A stretch of 64,000 bases of DNA from Vermamoeba vermiformis (lineage: Eukaryota): the NCBI GenBank assembly GCA_045837725.1, contig JBEWZL010000253.1, forward strand, positions 62,001-126,000. The letters are read 5' to 3'. Under the pieces are notes generated by a model. The model was not told the origin of the DNA. It ran no database searches and saw only the letters and a list, made by a program, of their open reading frames with translations. Below, in pieces: positions 1 through 11,147 of the stretch (the first letter of the stretch is position 1; the number at the start of each line of letters is the position of its first letter). Both the position numbers and the translations under genes were made by a program.

Positions 1-2561
1 TTAGAATCCATCATTATTAAGCCCCGCGCAATTAATACCCGGAGATTTGCCGCAAGAAATACTCGTGTTCATTTTTCAATTTTTGGATCTTAACAGTTTC
101 TACTACTGTGCTTTTTGCTGCAAGTCCTGGTTCGAAGCAGCGTTAATTTCATATCAAGTAGGTCCTATAATCAACGAGTATAATATATTATCTCTTTCTA
201 ACGTATTTTTAGAATCAATATTTGAAACGCTATTTACCGCCGCCTGATCCGACTGCAATAATCGACTGGAGGGCTTTGTATAATAGACAAAAGAAGATTG
301 AAGATAATATCATTGAAGGAAGGTACGTAAATATCTTAATACTGAGTTTTTAGTTAAATCCGGTTGTAAAGTACTCGAACTTTTTTGAGACGGCGCTTAT
401 TTATTATTGTATAATAGATACTGGGCCGAAGCATATGCATCAAATTATATCATTTATGAAATTAATAACGATGAAGTAGTGTATTCAGCGAGCTATTATA
501 ACGACCAACTCATTTACAACATTGCGATATCCAAAGAAACGTAAAACAAGCTCAAATTTGATTAATTATAGTATATTAACATCATATTATTCGTTGTATA
601 GAAGACTAGGCAATACATCGAAGTACAATATGGAAGGGTATCATATAGATCTCAATACAAGGCAAGTGAACAGATCTGATCGCTACGGCCAAGACTTTGC
701 AAATGGATATATTATAGAAGGTGATACAACTACTAAATGGTGGTTTGTTGATGGTGCTTCGATCAACGTGTACGATGCTACAGGCAAAACATTTCTCAGA
801 AAAATCGGTACGAATTGTTATTTGGCTTAGAATAGCATTAACATTACATTTAATATTAGATATGTGTTAATACAGAGTATTATACAGAGAGGCACGAAAG
901 GGAATCCAGTTTTGGGTCGTATTATTTGATGAAGCCGAATCTGGACGGATCAGCTGAAGTTCTTACGCATGAAAAGTCGTCGTTGATTCAAGGCAAAGAC
1001 CTGCTTAAATACAAGAAATTTAATGTAGAAATATTCAATTTGAATACTGGCGACACGATTTATCGGCAGAAAATTGGAGCGATGGACATTTTAGCTTATT
1101 ACGTACGGCTTAAACGCACTTTATAGCCTCGATATTAATGTAATCGTATAATAGGGCAATCAAGTCTTCTTATTATCGAAAAAAGGCGTTGAAGTATACG
1201 ATCTGGATCAGCAACAAGTTTTAGTCACTTTGGGATCCGACCACAACACGATAATTAAGATCAATGACGATAAGGTATTATTGCATACAATTTTATTATC
1301 ATTATATAATACTATTACGTTGTAGCTCGCCGTTGTCGACAAAAACTTGATCAAGTTTTACGATCTACGTTCGTTCACTGAATTTAATTCAATAACGATC
1401 TACCTGGAAGAAAAAGAACGGGTAAGATTAATATATTCCTATTTTAGTAATATGAACCAGTACGCATTAACGAATACCGTCTCTTTATAGATTTTCGCAG
1501 TTAATTTTGATCGGTGGAAACTGGTCATTGGCATTATAATTGAAGGAAAGCACAGACGATATGAAATCTACGCACTAGACAGCAAAAAATTGCTGCAAAG
1601 ATTGATCAACACGAGCGATCATTCTGACGACAACTTGATCTACTTGCCATCGAATGGAAAAATTGTTACCGATTGTCGGTACGTCTCACTTACGTGAAAT
1701 ATTTCCTAATTTGGTAATAGTAATTGACTTTAATTAGGAATCTGACTGTCTATGACTTCGACGATCATCAAAATTGGAACAAAAAAGTCACGGTACAATT
1801 TTTTGACGTAAGTCAAGCAATACGGATACTATAGTACAAAATTATAGTATTACATATGATTATGCGAATTAATTGTATAATTTACCTTTTACAGGTTGAT
1901 CAGAAGTGGCACAATTACGTTATTAAATCGAAAAACTTGACCAAATTTTGCGAAGAGAAATTAGGACAGCTGTCACAGCTCTGTCACCGCACTTTTTACC
2001 CGTAAGTCTTCGATGATATATATTCATTGAAAAACCGCATTAGGCTGCATAACCAAAGAATGTGGATCCGGTCAAATCCAGGATCTGATCTTTAACGGGC
2101 CTTCCAATCATTATTAATTGTTATTACGTGTTTTACAACATAAGCTCATAATACTTTTATTGTTAATTTAGCTGATTATATGTATCTCTGTAGGAAAGTT
2201 CAAGGCCGTAAACACAAAAGAGAGACATTGATTTTCAATTTGACCACCGGCAAACCGAGCGAAGCATTAATGGAGCAATTAAGACCGCGTTATTATGACG
2301 ATGATTTGATTAGAAACACTTTTCAGCTGATTTCAAATGATAAGAAGTGGACGAATGAAAGTTTTGGCGGTTGGTAAGAAAAACTTAATAGTGATTTCCT
2401 ATTATAAGCTTATTATTTTAATTATAATGTATTATAGGGAGTATGTTAACCCGTATTATTGCCCTTGTATTATCGTTGTTGAAAGGTTTGAGAACGCTGG
2501 ATCGTGGCAACTTTTCTACGATCGAACAGCGGTTAAAGATGCACAGAATAGTAGTCAGTAA
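1..2561 (+). CDS. F-box protein with beta-repeat (WD-like) C-terminal region, multi-exon, 5' end probably outside window
   Basis: LPQEILVFIFQFLDLNSFYYCAFCCKSW is an F-box motif. Downstream exons with GT-AG introns contain beta-propeller-like strands (INVYDATGK, VEVYDLD, IKFYDLR, FAVNFDRWKLV). Stop at 2561. Confidence 0.6.
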
Positions 2562-3055
2562 ATATTGTATAGTCTGAACTATTCAGCACGTAAATTCAAA
2601 GCAAAATAAGAAAAATATCAGTATTGTTACCAAATCGGGACAGAAGAGCAAGATCCAAAACAGCTCCAACGTAAGCAAGCCACAAGATAGTTCCTATGCA
2701 CTATTATATTGACTTATTGCCAAAAATATAAATGAGCCGCTTTTTCTTTTTTTGCCGGGGCTCGTTGGGGGAAATAAAAATGACGGAGGAGGGCTGACAA
2801 ATCCCGGCAAAAGTTGTGTCCGTTCTGCAAGCCAACAACTTTCGCCCCCCTTCGTAGTTTTTTTTTTTTTTTTTATTTATACCTTTTCGCTATTGCTATT
2901 CTTAGTATACGGGAGATTGTGGCTGAGTACGAATTCGTTGAAAACCGGGTTTTAAGACAGTTCGGTTCTAATGGGCAGTCACGTGGCGTGCAACATAAAA
3001 GTATTTTGTATTTCAGTTTTGAAACTATCTTCAAACCGTTATAACACCCTTTAAT

Positions 3056-5539
3056 ATGGACTCTGAAAAGATCGCTCAGTTAAAGCAAGGATTTAGAGGT
3101 AAACCGCTTTTTTACCTTTTGGGTACGAATCCGTTAAGATCTTTTATTAATTTCGAATTGTTAGGCGAGGTCCTCCTTCCTGAAGACGCAAACTACGCAC
3201 AAGCAGTTGGCGGAATGTTCAACAAGATGTTTACTGACCGGTAGGTATTTTTGTGGGTTTTTAAAGCAGGATCCAAAAATGAATTTATGAAATTCGAATG
3301 ATTTTAAGAATTGCTATTTCAATTTGATCATAGATAAAAATGATATAATATAGTATTAACGCGATCATTTAACTACAGCAAACCGGAAATTATCTGCCGT
3401 CCTTTGGGCGCCGCGGATGTATCCAAAGCCGTTAAATTTGCTGCGGAACATCATATGAAGGTAGTACCTCGTGGTGGAGGTCACGGGTAAGCGAAATCAA
3501 GCCAAAAGCGAGCGCATCCACGAAACTAAATCGTTATGAATTTTTTAGAGGCAGCGGACTTGCTTCAACTGATGAAGGTATGCTGCTCGATATGTCTCTT
3601 ATGCGCGGCATTACGTAAGAGCTCCTATCTACGAATTTAGCATTGCAAAATTTCTAAATTTCAATTTTTTAAAGGTTCGATCGAGAGACCGGATTTGCTA
3701 CTGTTCAAGCAGGCTGCCGCTTAGCCGACCTTGATTACGAATTACTGCCTTATGGCCGCGCTATTCCGTTCGGTCTTGTCGGTTTAACTGGCATTGCTGG
3801 ATTGGCGTTGCATGGTGGAATTGGATTCTTAACTCGCAAACACGGATTGACCGCCGAAAGCATCGTTCAAGTCGAAATTGTTGTTGCTTCGGGTAATACC
3901 AACTTAATATTGCATATTTAAAGCCTTGGTACCTTATAGTGGAACTTTTTGTAGGTGAGATCTTGATCGCCAACGAGAAGCAAAACCAAGAAATTTTCTG
4001 GGCTGTGCGAGGTGCTGGTAGCAATATTGGTGTTATCACAAGCTTCGTATTCAAGGTACCATATCATCTCGCCTTCACTTTCAAGTTTGAAACAACTTTC
4101 CTTATTTGGCCAAACAACGTTTTCGCAACATTTAGCGCTTAAACTCGAAACTTACCTTTGCTAATTATATCTTTTTATAGACCTACGAGATGCCTCAAAC
4201 AGTGTACGGAGGTCTCGTCGTGCAACCAGCAGTGGATCTGGTCGAGTACCACAACAAATGGGCCAAGAAACTCGTTGAAGACCCTAACTACGAGTGCACC
4301 AACTTCCACATGACACCGCCTGTGGGTCCTCCTATGGGTATGTACAATTAGTGATAGATGACCTGTAGATCAGATCCAATCTCTATAATCATAATGAGCG
4401 CTAATTATTGTTACTTTTGATACTCTTCATTATTCTTATTTCCTAATTTGGAAACAATGGGTCGTTATTACAGTGAAAAGATGACACGAATAGATTACCT
4501 TTGCGCAAATTCTTTGTCACGAATGTTAGCTAACTTTCCCTAGGTCTGGCGTGTCGCATGGCCGTCCACTTCGGTGAGCACGACGTGGCTGAACGAGAAC
4601 TCGAAGCGATTGTCTCGACTGCGCCTAAAGCTATGTTTGGCTACTCGCATCAGCCGTTCAATTTGGCCAATCAGTCTGCCAGTACGTACTAACGATAAGG
4701 CCTTAAGAGTGTTTCCTTATTTGGCAATAGTACGATACTAACGAGTTCTATCTTTGCAGCTGAATTCTTCAAGGGCGCTCCTCCCACGCGTCAAGTACGT
4801 ATTTGTAATCATGATTGTTATTTTAAGTGAACAATTTTTTGAGGATGAATATCACCTGATTTTTTATTCGAGTTACTTACACGATATCTTTTAGTATTGG
4901 AAGTCAGCGCACTTCAAAGAGTGGTCCAATGACTTGTCTGTGGCTGTGAACGATGTCTTTGCGGAAATTCGTAACGTACGTGATATCCAAACATTCAATT
5001 GTCAAAATGTAGGAATTTTTGACATTTTTTTAAGCGTTTTTCAAACTAAGAGATTCAGAATTCGTGAGCCGATGTTTGACACTTAATTTTTTCACGCCAA
5101 GTCTAGACTAATATTTAATCGTTCAGTCCAAGTTCGGTCCTTTCTCCTTGCTCTTGACCGAGTACTGGGACCCTACTAAGAACGCTGCCACACGCGATTT
5201 GCCCATCAGCATGAACCGCATCGTGTTTGTGATTGCATTCATCATCGGATGGCAAGATCCAGCGCTCGACGAAGAAGGCAAAGCTTTCGCTCGTCAAATT
5301 GAAGCTAAGCTTGATAAACTTGGAAATTTGAAGGATTTTGCGTACTTCAATTACTCGCCTGAAGACAACTCTGAAATTGCCATTGGATCAAGCAACATTG
5401 ACAAAGTCTTGGCGATCAAGCAGAAGGTAGGATAAACCATAATTGTTTGCCAGTTAAGTAATTACTTATAACTAATATTAATATATAGTATGATCCTAAC
5501 AACATGTTTGCCCATGGTAACTTGAAGAAGAGAAAATAA
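3056..5539 (+). CDS. FAD-binding oxidoreductase, berberine-bridge-enzyme/6-HDNO-like (FAD_binding_4 + BBE domain), copy 1
   Basis: Spliced exons give PRGGGHG (covalent-FAD His motif), VQAGCRL, VGLTGIAGLALHGGIGFLTRKHGLTA, FWAVRGAGSNIGVITSF, AYFNY and KQKYDPNNMF. Confidence 0.9.
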
Positions 5540-5857
5540 ATCGTGATCCAGATCCTGACCTCGCAAGCTCCCGGAACAATTTGTGCGTCCTAGTAAAGAA
5601 TAAATCGCCAATACTTGCTCCTTATAGGGCTTATTAGCGCTAAGAGGATGGTTGGATCTGCAACAGGAAATTTTACAACAATTTCAATTTTTTCTCTTCA
5701 AGAAATTTGATCATCGATTTTGATTTCAAGCCTTACTGAGAAAATAGAATTCCGTATCTTCGATTGGAAATTTCACTGCATTTGAGAAGACATAAATAGC
5801 CGTCAACGAGACTGCTGTCACTTCACTTTACCAAACTTGAGTTGTATACCAACAACA

Positions 5858-7913
5858 ATGGACGCTGAAAGTATTAAAGAACTGAAAACTGGATTTCGAG
5901 GTAATATTATTGTCTTCTAACGTACCCGCATATGAGTTCTAAGTAAGATCGAATAGGTGAGGTCGTCTTGCCACAAGATGCGAGTTTCAAGTCGATCTGC
6001 GCTGGCATGTCCAACCAGATCTTCATCGATCGGTAATATCCTATTTCCCGTTATTGAATCTTTAGCTGATCTGACGTGGTTTGAAACGCAGCAAGCCTGC
6101 TATCGTATGTCGTCCTCGTGGAGCGGCGGATGTGGCAAAGGCTGTCAAGTGGGCAGCAGAGAACCATCTGAAAGTGGTGCCTCGTAGTGGAGGGCATGGG
6201 TAAGCTTTTTTTCTGTTCGATCAAATGCGAAGCACCGAACGGGATCTCCTCTTTCAGTAACAAGATTTTGAATTGACTTTGACTTCTCGTCTAGTGGCAG
6301 CGGACTTGCATCGTGTGAAGGAGGCATGTTGATCGACTTGGCACTGATGAAAGGCGTCACGTAAGCGGCATTTTGTTAAGGCATCCGCTTCCGAGTTCCA
6401 AAAATAGCAGTTCACTGACGTCGCCATTTTTAGCTACGACCAAAACTCGACGAACGTGACTGTCCAATCAGGTTGCAGACTGACCGATATTGATTACGAG
6501 CTCTTGCCGTATCAAAGAGCTGTGCCTATTGGAGTCGTCGGGATCACGGGCATTGGTGGCCTGGCTTTGCACGGTGGATATGGCCTACTAACCCGCTATT
6601 ATGGCTTGACTGTCGACAATATCTTACAAGTCGAAATTGTCACCGGAAAAGGTCAGAAACTTTTCTAAAAATCGACTTACCAAAAATCATCAAAATTTCA
6701 GGCGAGATCTTGATTGCCAACGAAAAAGAGAACACTGACCTTTTCTGGGCTGTGCGTGGTGCTGGTAGCAATGTTGGTGTTGTGACGAACTTCGTTTTCA
6801 AGGTAAGCCAAGCTTGGATATTTTGACACGTGTCATCAGTACTAATCGTCGATATTTCCAGACACACCACATGCCACCAACAGTCTACGGAGGCTTTGTT
6901 ATTCAACCAGCCGTCAATTTGATCGATTATCACGATCGTTGGTCCAAGAAGGTGTTAAACGACCCGAACTTCACGTGCTGGAACTACCATCTCTCACCTC
7001 CTACTGGACCTGAGTGCGGTACGGATCTAACCAAACACTTGATAATTCAATGCTTATTAATCAATCATAGGTCTCGTTGGAAGACTCGGCTGTCAGTTTG
7101 GAGACCAAGAAGTCGCTGAGAAAGAGATGGAAGACCTCATTTCTTTCGCGCCTAAAGCGATGTTGGGTTGGAAACACCAGCCGTTCAATCTGCTCAATGA
7201 AACGACGAGTAAGCTGCAAATCCTATTTTAACATAGATACTAACCTTGTTATAGCTGATTTCTTCGCCAATGCTCCGCCATCGAGACAGGTAGATCCAGA
7301 TCTTTTCCATGACGTTGTGACTAACCTGTTTGCTTGTAGTATTGGAAAGCGATGAATTTCCGCGAATGGACTCACGACCTGTCTGTGGCATTCAACGACT
7401 TATTCGCTGAAATTCGTGCCGTAAGTCTGAAGCTAATTTTAGTCACCTGATCTGACTCACACTTACTTTCATTCTGCAGTCCAAATTTGGCGCTCAATCA
7501 TTGCTTGCGACTGAATATTGGAACAGCACGAGCACCGCTATTGAACGGGACATGCCGCTGAACATTCAACAACCGATCTTCGTCATTTTGTTGTTGCTCG
7601 GTTGGTCAGATCCAGCGCTCGACAACGAAGCTCGAGAATATGCCGCTAAGATAGCCACAAGATTTGAAAAGCTTGGTAATATTCGCGACCAAACTTATTT
7701 CAATTACTCGCCTGAAGACAATGCCGAGTACAGTTTGGGCAAGAAAAATCTTGAGCGACTCTTGACTATTAAGAGCAAGGTTAGTATAACGATGTAAATA
7801 TTAATATTATTATATTTAATCTTACGCTTTTTAATGCTTAGTATGACCCGTTGAATTTGTTTGACCAAGGCAGCTTGAGAAAGCGCAAGTTCGATCCGCA
7901 ACAGCACGCTTAA
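5858..7913 (+). CDS. FAD-binding oxidoreductase, BBE-like, tandem paralog copy 2
   Basis: PRSGGHG, GIGGLALHGGYGLLTRYYGLTVDN, FWAVRGAGSNVGVVTNF, TYFNY, KSKYDPLNLF. Intron positions match copy 1. Confidence 0.9.
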
Positions 7914-8052
7914 AAGTCGTTCTGACTTACCGATTATATGCTAAGGCATTATACCTCGATGATTCATATTGATTTTATGACTTACATTGACTTCTATCAA
8001 TAAACTATTTTGGATCTTTTGCCGTTTAAATTTTTCTGCGAATTAATTTGGT

Positions 8053-9473
8053 CTAAACGTTGTTTACTGAACGATTACTAATTAAAGCTGCTCGTTCTTT
8101 TTGATAAATATCGTGCATTAATTCCAAATGAGTATGATACTGCTGCTTATCTATGACTGGCAAGATCGCATAAAGCAGATCCGAACCAAATACTTCTTTG
8201 AAGTTGTTTAATCTTCCTCTATTAAAATCAAACGCTATTTTGCCTCTATAATCTGTTAATTTTGCCATAAACTCCAAAGTAGTGTTATTTTTCGCTACAA
8301 TAAAAAATTAGTCGAAAATCGAATCTGGTCCTTTGACAAAATCTCCTGCGCTAATTTTTAAGTGATAATATGCTCCTAGTTAATGGCACTTACATATAAA
8401 GTATAGATGTAATAAGGAGAACATTGTTAACGAGAATGAGATTGCTGCGCAGACCCACCACATAATATCGACTCTGGAGCTAGCCTCTTTGTTCTAAATA
8501 TAATATTATTAGAGCCAAATATATACCAGTATTTTTTAATATTATAGGCTTACGTATATTAAACTGAAGCAAACTACGACGATGAACAAAGTGGTCAATG
8601 CTCCGTAAATTAAAACCAGCATAAAATATTTGTAATTATGCAATCCGACGCAGTTTCCTAGCCACACGCAATGATGGTCCATGCGCAGTACGCATCTGCA
8701 ACGAATTTGAGTAAATTTGTAACGGAATTTCCTAAAAAGGAAAAAGTACTTACTTATCGCATTGATGGCAATGGTGACAACGTGGAGGCTTAGGATTTGA
8801 ACATTTGTGGCATGGAGTGAAATCATATGCATTATTAGGGCCATTTGAATCGATCAGAAGCTCATTAAGGTGCTGCTCTTCATTCGGGATCTAAAATCAA
8901 CATTTTTAATTCAGCAAATTAATGAACGATCTGATGCAAATATTAAAGCATGCATAATATTTTAAATTTTATGGTATAAGAGGCTAAAATTTACTCGCAG
9001 TATACTTACGACATCGTTGTAACTGAGCGGATTTGTGATGTATGCTTTGTAAAGGGATAATGACAATACTACTGCTAAATAATGTCCCACTAACAGCTCT
9101 ATAAGGCCAGCCATAGCATGCTAAACAGTTCTTGTTAGATTATCCAATTTGACGAAATGGGATCCGCATCTTCGCTTGGTGCTTACAGTTTTAATTAAAG
9201 GCAGTACGACATCGCTCATCCATACATAATAACACCATAATATCCAAAATTCTATGCACAGAGGTCCGGTAAGTCGATATAGAATTCCGATCGTCCTTCT
9301 TGTGCGGTAAAATAATCTAGAAAAATAATATTAAAAATAGCACTGTATTTTATTGGCATATTACGATCGAGCATGATCTTGGAATTACAAACTATACCAA
9401 ACAAAAAATTGAAATTACGAAATTTTCGAGCTTGGATCAAGGTGTTTACTTACACTTTAGGCTTCTTATCCAT
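8053..9473 (-). CDS. DHHC-type palmitoyltransferase (zDHHC)
   Basis: Exons encode C..C...[12 protein letters not shown] and [24 protein letters not shown], several TM segments, NTTLEF and [16 protein letters not shown]. Start at 9473 inferred. Confidence 0.9.
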
Positions 9474-9759
9474 CGATTATATATTACAAAATATTATTCT
9501 AATTTATGTACAACCTATAAACAAGTTTCGTTGGGGTCTTGATCAATACGTTACTTTTTTTGCTAATTTGCAAAAAATACGTCCAAATAAATAATGAGCC
9601 TTTTAAAGGCTATATTTTCGTCCTAATTAATACCTAAAATCAATATTAATTGTGCTTCTTCGTTGAGAAGCTGTTAATAAACTGGATTCGTGCGCCAAAA
9701 TTCCTATCTTTTCAGCAAACCGTTATTTAGCACCACGAGGTTGCTCTATATTTATTTAA

Positions 9760-10851
9760 ATGGAAAATAAGGCAGAAAATAAAATACCAGAACAGGAACA
9801 CGCAGATCACGAGAGATGTGATAAAGTGATCAACAAAGCATTGAAAGAAAGTACGCATAAATATTTTATTAATTAAATATACAACAATTTAAATAATACA
9901 GTGCACAATTAATAGCACATCATTTATATTACTAATTGAGATCTAGAAAATAATAATTAGCTCTTACCGGTCAATTAGCTTTTTATGCAAGCCTATAGCA
10001 CGAAATATTAACCACGTAATTATTAGATCCATATTTAAATCATTTGATCATCGCCATGGACAAACTTGGCTGCGAAGTGACTTCACAATTTTTCAAGTGC
10101 AAACCGTGCTCTAAACCAGCCTCTGGCTTTTTCGATACTAAATTAGGCGTAAGTACCATCACTATAGTATAGTTTTATCTTACAAATCGCTTTGGACTAT
10201 TGGCGAGAGCAAATCCGATCGCTGTGTAACGGATCACTTTTCTAATTTTCTTTCAGATTGTTATGTGCGAAAATCATCCTATGACACAAAAAAAGAGCGA
10301 AGACACTATAGTGCACGAGATGATTCATGCTTACGATCACTGCAAGAACTTTTTTGATAAAAATAACTGCGTGCATATTGCCTGCTCTGAGGTAATATTC
10401 TAAGCCTTTGCAAAGCTCTATTAACAATTTATGCTGCTTGCGCATATGATTTATTAGCTAAAGGTGTTGATTTAACTAATTTGAATTGTTTCAGATCCGA
10501 GCACAAAATTTGAGCGGGGAGTGCCAATGGACTAAAGAGGTTGGAAGACGAAATTTCAGCTTTAAGAAACAACATAAAGAATGCGTACGACGAAGAGCGG
10601 AGTTATCTTTATCTATGATACCGGGTAAGAATTTTTATTTTTCGGCTCGACTTTTCTCCCGAAGGATCCGACTTCAATTCGAAAATTTACGCTTTATATA
10701 TTCATTATATCCTATCTAAATGATCGTACTACTTAATCCCTAACTCTTTTTTGCTAAATTCCTAGCCTGTGCACCGACAGCAAAACTTTCAGTTGAGAAG
10801 GCTTGGGCGTCTTGCGTTAAGAACTTAGAACCTTTCCACCACGTGCCATAG
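9760..10851 (+). CDS. ATP23: Mitochondrial inner membrane protease ATP23 (peptidase M76)
   Basis: VHEMIHAYDHC (HEXXH), HIACSEIRAQNLSGEC and HKECVRRRAELSL are ATP23 signatures. Confidence 0.92.
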
Positions 10852-11147
10852 TGTTAAATAGATACTAAATAATAATATTTATTCATAATCCCGAATTTGG
10901 AATTCATCTGACTTTCGTCCTGGGATCGCATCCACAACGTTTGACTTTCGACCGGTGCCTCAGCCTTACTCATCATGGAAACTAATGCAAAAGCCACGGT
11001 TAGTAATTAATATCGTGCAACTTGATTATTTGTAGGTAAAGGCTGCCTAATCTCGACCAAGATTCAACATTCTGGATGACACGTGCCATTCTTGCAAAAA
11101 GGTAAAATTCAAATGCCACAACGAGTTAAAGAAAGCAATTTTTAGCT

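Noticed and set aside
2738-2960. Homopolymer-rich intergenic patch with short ORFs (also 63300-63590)
   Set aside because: The ORFs are low-complexity and lack splice or homology support; probable noisy sequence or plain spacer.
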